A stretch of 64,000 nucleotides of DNA from Callorhinchus milii (GCF_018977255.1 NW_024704743.1:6140001-6204000); one strand, 5' to 3'. Numbered from the stretch's first letter, positions 36,087 through 49,749 are shown. Notes: generated from the letters alone by a model not told the origin. A program made the numbers and translations.

Positions 36087-38590
36087 GTAAACTATATTTA
36101 TAATAAGTTCTGTAGTATGTGTCCAAAAAGATTACACAGGACATCACACAAGTGCAGTAGAATATTGGTTATTGATATGCCAATTATCCCTCAGTTCTTC
36201 TATATGCATCAGACTCTGATGGAGACATGGACTTAGTGTTCTTGGCAAATAATTATTAAATGAGAAAGGATTTTCTCCCGGTGTGCTAGCCAACAATCCC
36301 TAAGATGTAACTTATGATTCACTTCATGGCTGTTTGTGGGACATTGCTGTGTGCAAATTGGACAAAATGGTTGATGTCCTTCCTCTTTGACTGTGCTTAT
36401 TGTTACCCCGGTGCTATATAAATGCAAGTTGTTTTTGTTGTTGCTGTGTTGCTCATAAAATACACAGTCCCTACACTTTACAGTAAAATCCTGTGAAACA
36501 CTTTGAGATGCCTCCTGACATGAAATGTGCCATATTAAATGTTAGGATTATTTAGCAGTTGGTGCTGTGTAAGTCTGGTAAGCGGCAATGAACCTCGAAC
36601 ATCAAGGTAGCTGGCATGTCACAAGCTGTCCTATAAAGGTCCTCCCACCATACTGAAAGCAGATGTCTACCAGATAGCTGATGAGGAAACTCTGAGGCTT
36701 GGAGTGACAGCTGCTGGAAGGTGTTACCTGGAGTCTAAGCTCATGAACACAAGTTCATACATTGAGCTCCAGGAATCCACCTTGATTGACTTGCAGAGAG
36801 GCAAGCAACTGCTGCTTAAGCTCCGCATCTCCAACTGGTGGAACCATCTCTCAATGGGAAGAAAGATGCTGGCAATGCTCTCACCCATTTCATGCTGTGT
36901 TGGCCACCAGGAAGATTACAGGGAGTTCTTGGTACTTATCCACCGAGTGAGGGCTCAAACCTGCACAGCCAGGCTGACTCAACGACAGGACTTGGAAGGG
37001 TAGAACAGTTACAGGGGGCCAGGGCAGTTACAGGGGGCCCAGTCATTCCTATTAACCCGGTAAGCCAAAGCCCCAATGGGTAGAGTGGTCTTAGCTGGAT
37101 AAGTAGTGGGAAAGCTTGCCAGACAGCGCTATCAATGGCAAGCAATACTGTTTTAACTGATTAAAATCCAGCAGTACCTCAACGCACACCCTGGGATCCC
37201 TAAGCCTTGGGTCTTGCCAACCTATACCTAATACTTTCTGGAATTATGTAAGCTGGGTGCGTCCCTCCGGCCAGAGAGTGCACATTCCATTCCAACAAGT
37301 TATCGCTTGAATTTCCATGTGTAGGTGGGATGCATGGAATTCTCAGTTTGGTTTGGATACTCAAGCATGGTGTTGGGTTTCTACATATGTTAGACACCGG
37401 GCTGACCCCCACCCCCACCAAAACATTTTTTTTGATGGATTTCTGATTGGCATTTGAAAAGGAACCACATATAAAGCATTTTGCAAAACTCATAATATGA
37501 TCTAAATGTAACCTTGATACTAAATTCAGGTGCATGGCAAACTGTAAGGTGGAGCGCAGAAGACTACAGTAGAACAGAGAGGTTAGTGGAGTGGGCAAAT
37601 AAGTGGAAAATGGAATTCAACAAAGTGAAATGAAAGGTAGTGAGAGAGAACAAAAATGGTGATATTGTCAATGGGGGAAGATGCAGAAAATATAAGGAGA
37701 ACAGATATACAGGGGGATCGTAAATAGGGAATGCATAAAAATAGCTACTGTAATTTTAGTTTTCTTTATCTTAAGGAACGGAATACAAGATTAAGCTAGA
37801 GTTTTGAATCCAGTTTTGACATCCCATTTGGGACAATGATTAGGTTACAATTAGAGTGCTGTATAATAAAGAAACTAGAGTGGAGGTATATTAGGATTGT
37901 ACTGTCATGGTTACCCAGTTTTTGCAAACCTTAGTAATGTGTACATAATATATATATATATAATATTATTTAAGGGAAATGGGGAGGCCTGTTCCTTTAA
38001 TACGGTGGCTGGAGCCACACGCCTATAAAAAGCAATGCTCGGTGTGTCTCATGGTCACTGTCTAACGGTTGTCATCCGGTACATACTGACCTATACAGGA
38101 TTACTGTGCCATCAGCTTGGTTGAAGTCTTATCACTAATGTAGTATTGTGCTGCTAGTTGTTACAGTCACGTGTGTTATTTATATTTGATCCCATTGTTC
38201 TTTATCTTACATTGTTGTATTTCTTATGTGCGAGGTCATTGTTATGCATTCAGTCAACAACAAAACAACTAGCATTATATGGAACCATTCACACGGGACT
38301 GGATCTATGAGCGCTTAAAGAATAAAATGGAGTACTCTGTCGGAGTGCCAAACAAAAGGACATATTTTGAAATATGTCAAAATAATACCAGAACAAAGGA
38401 AAACTTTTTGTTAAAATATTGAATATTTTATCCTAATGGGTGGATTATTTGAACAAAATAAGTTTTAAGTTTATAAGACTGAACAGGGCAAAGGGGATCA
38501 GAGTGCATAGGTCCAGAAGGGAACCCACATACAATGGCTTCCTTTTGTGCTGAAACATTCGGTAATTCGATTCTTTTATCCAATTAACAG

Positions 38591-40542
38591 GCACTGAAAG
38601 ACAATGATCACATCTGGGGTGTCCTAGTGCACAGTGCTATCAATCAAGATGGCAGATCAGTTACACCTATCACCAGACCCTCACAAACACAGCAGGAAGA
38701 ACTGTTGAAGTGGATTTACCACAGGTATGTTGATCCATCTCAGATACAGTACATGGAGGCTCATGGAACTGGAACTCCAGCTGGTGATCCTACAGAAGCC
38801 GGCAGCATATCACACATTGTTGGTCAGTCCAGGACATCAAACCCTGATCCGCTCATCATAGGCTCTGTCAAAGGGAATGTTGGTCACACAGAGTCAGCTG
38901 CAGGAGCCGCAGGTTTAATCAAAGTTCTCCTGATGATGCATCATGGCAAAATTGTACCATCTCTCCACTACTCTGAGGAGGATTCAAGCATCAATGCAAA
39001 GGCTTTGAATCTACATATTCCAACTAGTGTGGAAAACTGGGAAGAGCGTGGGGAGATGGGTAGGATGGCAGGAGTCAATTCATTTGGGTTTGGGGGAACA
39101 AATGCTCACGCAGTGGTGAGACAGTACAAGCAGCTTGCCCGGCTCAACTGTGCACAGAAACCACTGGAGATATTTGTCCTTTCAGCTGCCTCCCAGAAAT
39201 CAATTCAAGTGATGATAAAAGACACAAGTAAGCAAATAAGTCAAAGTGATGATACCGCTTTCCATAGTCTGGCATATACATCTGCTTGTAGAAGAAGCCA
39301 CGCAAGTTATAGATACAGAAAAGCCTTTGTAGTTTCTTCCCTCAATCACCTACAGCAGCAGCTTAAATCAGCCACAGTTACAGATGTTGCTCGGATAAAG
39401 ACAAGTCCAAAGATCGTATTTGTGTTCTGTGGCAACGGTGTTGCCTATAGAGGGATGTGTAAACTGCTGATACAAACAGAGCCAGTGTTCAGGACACAGA
39501 TTGAAGAGATAGAAAAAATTCTCCAACTACACACACCCATCAATCTAATAGATTTAATTGAAAATGACTATGATGACTTCACAAAACCCGAGATAGCACA
39601 GCCATTGCTCTTTGCTGTTCAGGTGGCAATGGTTTCTCTTTTGGGGTTTTGGGGAATCCAGGCTAACCTTATGATTGGACATTCTGTTGGCGAGGTTGCT
39701 GCAGCACATTGTGCTGGGACACTGTCCTTGCACGATGCTGTAAAGGTGATTTACTACAGAAGTGTATTGCAGTCAACAGTAACGGGAGGCAGAATGCTGG
39801 CTGTTAGCAATTTGCCTGTGTCAAATGTGTCAGACAGACTTGTTCCATATTCGGGGAGACTCTGTATTGCTGCATTCAACAGTCCCTCCTCTTGCACAGT
39901 GTCAGGTGATGCCGGTGCAGTGGACAAACTGTATACAGAGTTATCCACCGCATTTGGTGACAAAAATATATTCCTTCGCATTTTAGATGTTCCAGCAGCT
40001 TATCACAGTCACTTGATGGAGCCAATCATACAGCAGGTAGAAGAGAAAGTAGGTAACTTACATGAACAAGAAGCACGCTCAAAGATTATCTCCACAGTTA
40101 CAGGTCAGGTGGCTTCAGGAGATGACTTTCTCACAGGCAAATATTGGGCCCGGAACATTCGAGATCCTGTTGCCTTTGAAAAAGGGATAAGAGCTGCTGC
40201 TGCAGAGGCTGAAGACGCAGTATTTGTAGAAATAGGTCCAAGACGGGCCTTGCAAAGATACATCACAGAAATCCTAGGCAATCAAACTCGAGTTTTTCCT
40301 GCAGTTCAGCCAGACAGAGATTATGAAACTCATCTATTGGTTCTATCAAAACTCTTTGAGCTCGGGTACAATCCCAACTGGCAAAATGTCTATGTTGGTC
40401 GTGAAACTCTCCCCACTGTTTATCCTTCTTATGTGTTTGATCACACAAAGCAGGAATTAAACTTTGAAGAACTTAGGCAAGATAATGACAAGGTAGTTTC
40501 TTCCCATCACCCCCTACTCTCTAGTGTAAGCAAGGACGGCAA
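38591..40542 (+). CDS. pks1: PKS exon 6, part 1: KS C-half, KS-AT linker, AT domain, start of DH (to frameshift 1)
   Basis: ttaacag|GCA CTG AAA; EAHGTGTPAGDP and KGNVGHTESAAG (KS His residues), GVNSFGFGGTNAH, VFCGNG, GHSVG (AT Ser), YYRS, VPAAYHSH, VEIGP, HHPLL. Confidence 0.95.
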
Positions 40543-42008
40543 GAATATAACTTCACCTTGTCAACATTGACAGTACCTTATGTAGCTGAACACAAAAACA
40601 ATGGAGTGCCCATACTTCCCGGTGCCTTTTATGTAGAACTTGGTGTGGCTTCCGTCCTGGCAAGTATTGAACCAAAGGTACCACTCACTTTGTGCCGGAT
40701 CAGCGCAAAGTTTCTGAATCCTTGTATAATCCACCAGAACTCAGTTGAGCTCAAAGTGCACCTCAACAGAGAAGATAAACTGATCAAATTTAGTGTTTTA
40801 TCAACTTCTGGCATTTATGCCACAGGGGAGGTACTACAGGTCACTGAGTGTGTAACTGATGAAAGTAATATCTCGGTTGAGCAAATTTTCCAAAGATGCA
40901 AATCGAAAGCAAAGCCAGAGGACATCTATAAAGAACTCTCTTCTTTAGGCTTTCAGTATGGATCAGTTTTTAGGCAACTTGGGGATATCTTCTATGGAGA
41001 GAATTTGAAGGAAGCTATAACATGCATTAGAGTACCAGAAGAGCTCATGTCACAGATTCATCAATACTCCTTTCACCCAATCATTTTAGACTATTTTCTA
41101 CAAATGGCTGCTGTTGTAACAATGATGTCTGCAGTCTCCAGCATAGGGTTCCCCACATCTGTAGGGAGCTTGGTTATTCATCGCCCTTTACAACAAGAAA
41201 TGCTGATGTATCTGAGGATCAGTAAAATCACTCCAGATTATCTAGAGGTCTGTGGGGGCTTCACAGATACAAAGGGCATAATCATTGCCGAACTGAAAAA
41301 TATCAGAACCACATTTCTAACCGTGAACAATGGAGGAGGAATCAATGATTTGTTCTATGAAAGTATCTGGGTAGAAATTCCTCACCTTCAAGAGGGCAAA
41401 AATCTTGCTTCTGGCCCAAGATCACTCGTGTTTGGTGATAACTATGGAGTGGCTGAAAGCCTCAAGAAATTCCTGCACAGTCAGTCCACATATATTCCTT
41501 ACCAGGAATATGACAATTTCACTGGTACAGAAGTTGTGGATCTTCTGAGAAAGTACAATGTCCATGACCTGAATAGCTATGAGGAGGTGTTCTTCCTGTG
41601 GGGGACTGTAAACCTGACTGACCAGACCAGCACAGCAGTGGTGCAGGAGGTCAGTAGCTGCTGTGAGATTTATCGTCAGATCATTCAGTTAGTTCGAGGG
41701 AAAAATGGCACAAAATCTGTTAGAGTAATAACATACAGGACATCTGAAAAAACAGTGGATCAAATTACTCCAGGGTTTGCCCTGTGGGGTATGACCAGAT
41801 CATGCAGTGCAGAAATTCCAGAGGTTTTATTTCAGATCATTGATGTCAGCTCTATCAGTGATGCAGATATGGCAGCATTAGCTAATGTAATAGTCTTGTC
41901 TGATGGGGTGACCCACCCTGAGGTAATGATCAGCCAGGGAATGTTGCATGCTTCCACGATCACACGAACATCCCTTATAATCTCAGACAATACCAATGGT
42001 GGGACTTT
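40543..42008 (+). CDS. pks1: PKS exon 6, part 2: dehydratase and pseudo-methyltransferase/structural KR region (between frameshifts; right boundary approximate)
   Basis: EHKNNGVPILPGAFYVELG (DH HxxxGxxxxP), LGFQYGSVF, HPIILDYFLQ (DH Asp), GFALWGMTRS. Confidence 0.9.
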
Positions 42009-44156
42009 TATTCTGGTTTTGGAAATGTCCTTTTCCAGATCATGGATCCTTACAATGTTGTGGATTTGCATGCCAAACCTCAAGAGAACAAAATGAGTGC
42101 ACCCACAAAACAAAGTGTACACATTGAATTGGATGCAATTTGCATGCATTCAGCGGATTACTTCCCAGTTAGTGTCTCTGATCTAAACTATGGGAAGACG
42201 TTGTACTGGAGCAAAAGTGTGTTTGGTGGGCACAATCTCGTGGCTCTGGACTTTAGTGGTACAGTCACTGCTGTTGGCAGTGATGTGAAGAGTTGTAAAG
42301 TGGGAGATCATATTGTTGCATGTTACCCGGTTCCTGCAGCTTCAAATGTCAGCCTTCCTGCTGTTGTTTGTTTCAAAAGCAAGAAAGTACCATTGCTGAA
42401 GGAGATCCCTTGTGTGTCATACTTCACAATAGCATGGGAAATATTCCATAATCTCTTACCAAAACCCAAACATCAGAAACGCTTGGTAATTGTTTCCATG
42501 ATACCTGATTCGTGTTTGAGTAAAGTCTTGTCTCTGACAGCCAGGGAGTCTGGCTGGAGAGTTCAGGTTCACCCAGACTCCAATGACTTTGTACAGATTC
42601 CTGTTCACTTTGATGCTTTGGTTTTATTGCCACCTTTAGAGAAAACCTCTATTTCAAAATATGTCAATGGTTCTTCTGCTCGGGATATTGTTGTTCTGCT
42701 GGACAACAAGCAGATGCTTGATATTTCCCAAGACATTCTCCAAAATGAAAAGGACAATGTCTGTATTCATGTTCTGCAGTTAGCCAGTATATTTCAAAAG
42801 GGCTATCTCACGAAATCTGCAAATCGTATCTATAAATGGATGAGAAAAATGTATTTAGGGATGAATCGTTTTGATCTATCAAAAATGGTCTTCCAGCAAA
42901 GAATATCAGACATGGTTGAGTGCAGGAATGAGTCGTACTTTACATGCAGAGAAGTCTCCATTGCAGTTCTGAAGAGCACCACCAAGACTAGGATGTCAGA
43001 GATTCCAATGCACTGCAGACAAAAGCAGCTCTTTAAAAGTGATGCTGTGTATATAGTTGCTGGAGGACTTACCGGTCTTGGCTTTGAAACTGTGAAATTC
43101 ATTGCCAACCATGGCGGTGGCTATATTCTTGTTCTTTCAAGGAGCTCTCCATCGAAGGAGAAGCAGGAGGAATTTAGCAAACTACAGAATGAAATTGGGA
43201 CAAGGATCATTTGCGTGGCCTGTGACATCTCAGCTCTGTCAAATGTCGAGAAAGCAATCAGTAATTTTCTTCACTCCTTCCCAAAGGTTTCTGTTAAAGG
43301 AGTGTTTCACAGTGCTGTGGTCTTACATGATTCACTCTTTGAAGATCTAAATAAATCATTGTTTGATAAGGTTCTTGTTCCCAAAATTGCTGGGGTCTTG
43401 AATCTTCACTATGCAACACAAGGCCTCCAGCTGGAGTACTTTGTGTGCTTTTCCTCAATTGCTTCATTCTTTGGATCATCTCTACAGGCTAACTATTCTG
43501 CAGCAAACTCATTTCTTGATTACTTTGTCCACTTTAGGCGATACCATGGGCTTGTGGGGCAATCTGTGAACTGGGGAGCACTGAATCTCGGGCTGCTGCT
43601 CAATAAAGACAACGTTCAGAAATTTCTGGAGTTGAAAGGGATTTTGACAATAGAAATTTCTGAAATCATTGAAAGCTTTGAACGTTGTTTGACCCTGAAC
43701 AATCCACAACAAGTAATCTGTAAATTTGATTTCTCAAATATATATGTTAATGTCTCCCAAAACCCATCAAGCAGGAGACGTTTCCATTCAATTGTGCAGG
43801 AAGAGATCAGCAAAGGAAATGTTAAAGTGGTGGTCAGTGATTCATCAATATCTCCTGAACAGTATATAATAACCTTGTTGTCTGAAGTGAGTAACACAGA
43901 TCCTACAGACTTTACCAAAGAATCTACTCTCTCCAGTTTTGGCATTGATTCCATGATAGGAATGACCATACAGAATCGGATTCACCAGGAAAAGAATGTC
44001 AGTGTGCCACTAGTAACATTTCTTGATCCAAAATCAACAGTGTCCACTCTGGTATCACTGTTTGAAGAGGAAGGTTTCCAAGTTCATTCTGGGGAAACAT
44101 CTATGCCATTGAACAAATCTTTCGAGGAAGTTCCTGATGAGTTTACTCAGTTGTAA
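42009..44156 (+). CDS. pks1: PKS exon 6, part 3: ER-like domain (probably inactive), KR, ACP; stop at 44154-44156
   Basis: LDFSGTVTAVGSDV (ER fold, no GGVG loop), YIVAGGLTGLG, VFHSAVVLHD, FSSIAS...QANYSAAN (KR), FGIDSMIG (ACP Ser). No thioesterase after the ACP. Confidence 0.95.
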   Translation, partial: YSGFGNVLFQIMDPYNVVDLHAKPQENKMSAPTKQSVHIELDAICMHSADYFPVSVSDLNYGKTLYWSKSVFGGHNLVALDFSGTVTAVGSDVKSCKVGDHIVACYPVPAASNVSLPAVVCFKSKKVPLLKEIPCVSYFTIAWEIFHNLLPKPKHQKRLVIVSMIPDSCLSKVLSLTARESGWRVQVHPDSNDFVQIPVHFDALVLLPPLEKTSISKYVNGSSARDIVVLLDNKQMLDISQDILQNEKDNVCIHVLQLASIFQKGYLTKSANRIYKWMRKMYLGMNRFDLSKMVFQQRISDMVECRNESYFTCREVSIAVLKSTTKTRMSEIPMHCRQKQLFKSDAVYIVAGGLTGLGFETVKFIANHGGGYILVLSRSSPSKEKQEEFSKLQNEIGTRIICVACDISALSNVEKAISNFLHSFPKVSVKGVFHSAVVLHDSLFEDLNKSLFDKVLVPKIAGVLNLHYATQGLQLEYFVCFSSIASFFGSSLQANYSAANSFLDYFVHFRRYHGLVGQSVNWGALNLGLLLNKDNVQKFLELKGILTIEISEIIESFERCLTLNNPQQVICKFDFSNIYVNVSQNPSSRRRFHSIVQEEISKGNVKVVVSDSSISPEQYIITLLSEVSNTDPTDFTKESTLSSFGIDSMIGMTIQNRIHQEKNVSVPLVTFLDPKSTVSTLVSLFEEEGFQVHSGETSMPLNKSFEEVPDEFTQL

Positions 44157-45299
44157 ATAATGCATAAATAATACAGCATTGTACAGCGCTTCATCCAGTC
44201 AAATCAAGATTATATTCCCCATTTACTGGAGAATGATGATATTTGATAATCATGCCTCAGTCAGAATAGATAAACGTATCTGCAACTTTCATACAGATTT
44301 TAATTTTGTAGAGTTCAAAATCCTTGTCCTCGCTTTCAAAGCCCTCCATGGTCTTACTCCTCTCTACCTCTGTTACCTGGCGTTCCCTCCGCTCAGTGGA
44401 CTAAGAGCATAGGAACAGGAGTGTGCCATTCAGTAAGATTATGGCTCATGTGAATTTCAACTCCAATTACCTGCCCTTGCCTCTTGATTCCATTGCTAAT
44501 TAGCCTAGCTCTAATTTTAAGATTTTGCCCCCTTGTTCTGGACTCTGACCTGCTCTATGATCCTCGCCCTGCCCGCCCCATCATTGGTAGTCGAGCCTTC
44601 TCCCTTTCTGCTCCCACCCTTCAGCAACTTCATCCCACAGTGACCGTGACTTCTGTCACCCTCCATCTCCCACCTTCCTTATCCTCCACCTCTCATGATC
44701 CCAACCCCAGTTCCGGTGCAAACCTCTGACTGCTCAGCACTTTGGGACATCAGCACTGGGACTTTTCTCAGGATTTACTGTAAAGTATAGTGCTATTCTT
44801 TTGAAAAACATCTGTATTACTGTATGCATATTATCTTTTACTAAATATAACAAATATGAAAAATGTTGATGGTATTTTGATTTTAAAATAATTTTCAAAG
44901 CATTATTGGAACCTTTTAGTCATAATTTGTAAATAAAAATTGGAGCATGAAAAATATTAAAACAAGCACTGTAGATGAAATCCTTGATTGTAAAGATTGT
45001 GGAGTACTGTAGCTCAGTGGTTAGAGCACTCGTCTCACAAGCGAGAGAACTGGGTCCATTCCCGGCAGGGTGAAACCTTGGGCAAGTTTCCTTACTCCAC
45101 ACACCTGATAATAATCCCTCAAGAAAAATAAACAATAATAAATTGGTCACTTCAATCCATGACTGTTTATGTGACACTGCAAATGATTTACAGCGTTGCT
45201 AATGTGGCCACAGTTGGGAACATAAAATTATACAATATAGTGTAATATATTTCAACTTAATTTGCTAAATTGCCACCCAGTGGTTATAATTGATATATG

Positions 45300-46214
45300 T
45301 ACCGCAACCCAGCTCCTCTGCCCACCTTCCCAAGCCTTGATCTCTGTCCTCTCCTCCAACTCCAAATGTGAGGAGACAATGAACTTCCTTGAATCCAAAA
45401 TTGAGGGGACCCACTTTGCTGCCTCTGTCCTTGCTAATGCCACCCCCTTCTCATCTCCTCATCTGGTTTCAACCTATCCCTTCCTCCACACTTTTGATCC
45501 AATTTTCCTCTCTTCTCTCACCTCCATCATTTCCCAAATGAAGCGCATCACCTGCTCCCTTGACCCCATCCATACTCATCTCCTTACCTCTCAGCTACAC
45601 CTCCTTGCCTCTCTACTAACAGACATTGCCAACCTCGCTCTGTCCACTGGCACCATACCCACCCCCTTAAAAACACGTGTCATTACTCCCACCCTCAAAA
45701 AACCTTCCTTTGACCCATCTCTGTTTTCTAACTACTGTCGCATCATATTTTGTTTCCAAGGTCCTGAAATGAATTGTTGCTTCTCAGCTTTGCTCTTTCC
45801 TCTCTGGACACTCCCTCTAATCTGGTTTCCATACTGCTCACAGCACAGACTTAGTCAAACTTACAAATGATAGTCTATCCGTTTATGACTAATGATCTCT
45901 CTGTCTCCGAATGCTTCTTGTTCTCTCTGCTACTTCAATATTGTTGAACACTATTCTTCTCCATTGCCTGTCAGCTCCACCTTCACCGTTTTGCCCTTGC
46001 CTGATTTCAATCTTACCTTTCCTATCATCTCTACTTGGTATCCGCTAAAGGCTTCTCCTCCAATCCTTGCACCATCTATGCACCTCAGAGCTCTGTCGTT
46101 GGTCCTCTCCTCTTTAATATATAACTTCACATGCTTGTTGTTAACACCCAACTCTATCTCTCCATCCTCGACTCCAGGACCACTACTGTCCTGACAGATT
46201 GCCTGTCAGACATT
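45300..46214 (+). mobile_element. Decayed L2 fragment
   Basis: [32 protein letters not shown]. Confidence 0.85.
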
Positions 46215-47800
46215 AACAACAACAACAAGATTCCATTTATAGAGCGCCTTTCACGTTGGGAGGACGTCCCAAGGCGCTGCACAGTTGGGTCAGGATCCAA
46301 GCAGGGGGGAAATGGTCAGGGTGAGGGGAGGGAAGGGAGGGAGTGAGGAGGGGTTAGAGAGTCGAGAGGGGAGCTGAAGGCACGCTCAAAGAGAAAGGTC
46401 TTGAGACCGGCCTTGAAGGAGGAAAGGGAGGAAGCGGCGAAGGCACTGGGGGATAGAGTTCCAGAGCCTCGGGGCTGAGAGGCTGAAGGCCCGGCCACCA
46501 ATGGTAGGGCGGTTGGGGCGGGGGATGTGGAGCAGACCGGAGCCAGAGGAATGGAGGGTATGGGCAGGTAGGTAGGGGGATAGTAGGTCGGAGAGGTAGG
46601 AGGGAGCAAGGCCGTGAATGGCCTTGTAGGTGAGGATGAGGATCTTGAATTCGACCCTCTGGGGGATGGGGAGCCAGTCCGGGCGAGCGAGGGTGGGAGT
46701 GATGTGGTCCCGAAGCCTGGTGCGGGACAGTACACGAGCTGCAGAGTTCTGAATGACCTGCAGCTTGTGGAGGGAGGTGCCGGGAAGGCCGGCGAGGAGA
46801 GAGTTCCCATAGTCCAGCCTTGAGGTGATAAAGGCGTGGACCAGAGTTTCAGCAGCGTGAGGGGTGAGGTAGTGCCATAGTCTTGCGACATTCCGGAGGT
46901 GATGGAAGGCAGTGCCATTTGTGGAGCGGATATGAGGGAGAAAGGGCAGCTCAGGGTCGAACAGAACACCGAGGTTCCTTATTGGCTTTGAGAGGTGGAG
47001 AGTGCAGCCTTGGATGCTGATGGTGTCAGCGCCTGAGGTGCGGAGGCGCTGACGTGAGCCAATCAGGAGGGCCTCAGTTTTACGCACGTTGAGCTGAAGA
47101 AAGTTGTCTCTCGTCCAGGACTCGATGTCGGACAGGCAGCTGTCAGGATATCGGTGGTCGTGGAGTTGAGGGTAGAGGAGGAAAGGTAGAGTTGGGTGTC
47201 ATCCGCATACATGTGGAAGTTAACCCCATGTCTGCGGATGATGTCACCAAGGGGGAGCATGTAGAGGGTGAAGAGGAGGGGACCGAGGACAGAGCTTTGA
47301 GGGACACCGCACGAGAACAGAGCCAGAGGAGAGGGACAGGTTGACGATGTCTGTGATATGTGGGGCAAGAAGGTGGAGCTGGGAGATAAGGAGTGGGGAT
47401 GGGGTCAAGGGAGCAGGTGGTGGGTTTCAGGGATAGGATGAGTTTGGTGGCAGAGGGTGGGGAAACGGGTACGAAAGTGTGTAGGGGAGGATGGGTAGGA
47501 GTCGGAGTGTGCGAGGGAAGGGGTGGGGGGTGGGTGGATGTTGGAGGGGAAGTGACCGCGGAGCGAATTCCCTTGATTTGGGATTCAAGGAAATCCAGCA
47601 TCTCCTCGCAGTGAAGGTTGGAGGAGATGACCTGCGCAGGGTGGCGGGGGGTACGGAGGAGTCGGGATGTGGTAGAGAATAGTAGCCTGGGGTTGTCCTT
47701 CGCCTCCAGGATTATCCTGGAGTAGAAGGACGATTTGGCTGAGGCTAGAGTGGAGCGGTAGATATTGAGGAGGTCCAGCCTGGACCTCCTGGATGGGCAA
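46215..47800 (-). mobile_element. Young L2 LINE, 5'-truncated, with an internal deletion near 47315
   Basis: [29 protein letters not shown]; near-identical to 59261-60929. Confidence 0.95.
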
Positions 47801-49749
47801 GATTATAAATAAATTTCAGATAAGGATTAAGATTCTGAATTCAATACAGTAAGTAAGTATATGGAACCCAGCATGAAAGAGAATATTGGCAAGTTTTGGA
47901 TCAATTGGATTTATGGAAAGTGGAGCTTGAGCTATTGGTGCTTCAGTTGAGCTCAAATTTGTTGGGAGAGGCGTATGCATTCCCTATAAACTTCCAGGAA
48001 GTGGGAAGCAATGTAGCCAATCACAACTTGGCCTTGTGAGGTGCCCTGTCTCAATATTGAGATTAATGATCCTCCATTATGTAGCAACCACACAATAGGG
48101 AAGAGCTATTCAAGAGGTAGCGAGCAAACCAGTGGAATCTGGGCTGGTTTACCTTCAGAATCCCCGTTAGGCATCTTTGTCTCCCTTACCCTGCGTATTG
48201 CAGGGTACTGGCTCAGGAAACATGAAGTGTGTTCCCTGGGAAAAATAGGCACACGGAATCCTCATGTTGTTTGTCCATCAACAGCAACAACTTGCATTTA
48301 TATAGCGCCCTGTTAGATTATAGAAGTTGTAGTCTAATAATAATGAAACATTAATGAACAAATGTAGAATGGAGAAAATACTGATGGTCATGGGACAGGA
48401 CACATCTGGTTCTCTCTGGTTTTGAAGGAATAATAAGACAGCCTTGGAAAAGAGTAGGAGGTCACCACTTATCAGTAAATAACAACAAACCCACAATCCT
48501 ACACAGGTAACGGTCCAAAGTACCGGTCAACACAGAATCTCATCTTAGCAATAAGTCTCTAGATTCTGTCAGGGATTGCCAAGTAACAGAAGGCAACCGT
48601 CAAGAATAGCGAACTAATGAGCAAGTTGTTTAAACTGGATGACTTTGGTACCATCCCGGGATAGTCCCACATAACAGAATAAACAAACCCCAGATACAGA
48701 CCTAAACTGATGAATCTTCTATCCTAGACAGGACAAAGGGAAGACCTCATCGAGACTCAGTCAGGCTGGCACCAAGTCAAATGATTGATTAACCTGAGTA
48801 TGTGACAGTATTAGAAGTGGGTAGAGGGGCCCTAGGAAAAGGACACTTGGAAAAGTGTATAACTAGCCCACCTCTAGGTGAGAACAGTTAGAAGAACAGG
48901 ATGACGAGAGAGAGCGCGAGAGAGAGAGACCAGAGTGGAGAGGTCCCTTTAGGAAGAACAAGGAAGGTGTTCCATGACTGTCCACAAAGACTGGTAGTAT
49001 GATTTGTTAGACATTTATCATATACTTGTTTCTGCATGTTATGTTCACTCTGTTCATAATAAATATTGCTACACCATATTTTGGATTGTCGAGTCATATT
49101 TCGAACCATGGGATCGGACATCCCAACAGCCCTTCATGTGGGGTAGCATCCCAGAGCACTTCTACCATTATTATGGGTGGGTCATTATGGGTTCACGAGT
49201 CCAGCAGAGTGGCAAAGTAGGTGTATCGACTGATATGACTATGTACATAGTCCCCTCAGTTGTTTGGCTACTGAAATATTTTGATGACAATCAAATATTC
49301 CTTCAAGTGCTTCTCACAAGACCACCAGGAATATGATTTGTCAGGCTTTCTGCCAACATTACAGGCTTTGTGTTGAAACTAAATATCTGCTCTGCTGCTG
49401 GTCTTCTCTCAAAGCAGAAGCTGTTGTTTTCTCATACAGTATATCCCGTAAAACACTTTGGGATATCCTCCCAATGTTATCAATAAAAAAATTGCTTCTT
49501 TTGATAGTTGGAAGTAATATCAAAATAGAAAAATGATCACATTCTCATGGAATCACAATCTAAAGCCTAGGATTTCCCCCCACACATATACATACACACC
49601 ACTAGACATTCCAGTAAATACAACTGGTAGCATGTTTATGTCCACAAAATATACAGTCAATCCACTTTACACATATTCTTTGAAGTGATTTGAAATGTCT
49701 CCACATCGTGATAAGGCACTATATCAAATGCAAAGATTATTATTAAAAT

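Noticed and set aside
38627..44156. Three separate PKS ORFs, or small introns bridging them
   Set aside because: The domains run on continuously across both breaks, one added base repairs each, and no convincing GT-AG intron fits.
31517..44156. Fatty acid synthase (FASN) or bacterial contamination
   Set aside because: No thioesterase, degenerate ER, and six exons rather than about forty; spliceosomal introns filled with host SINEs show it is a native gene.
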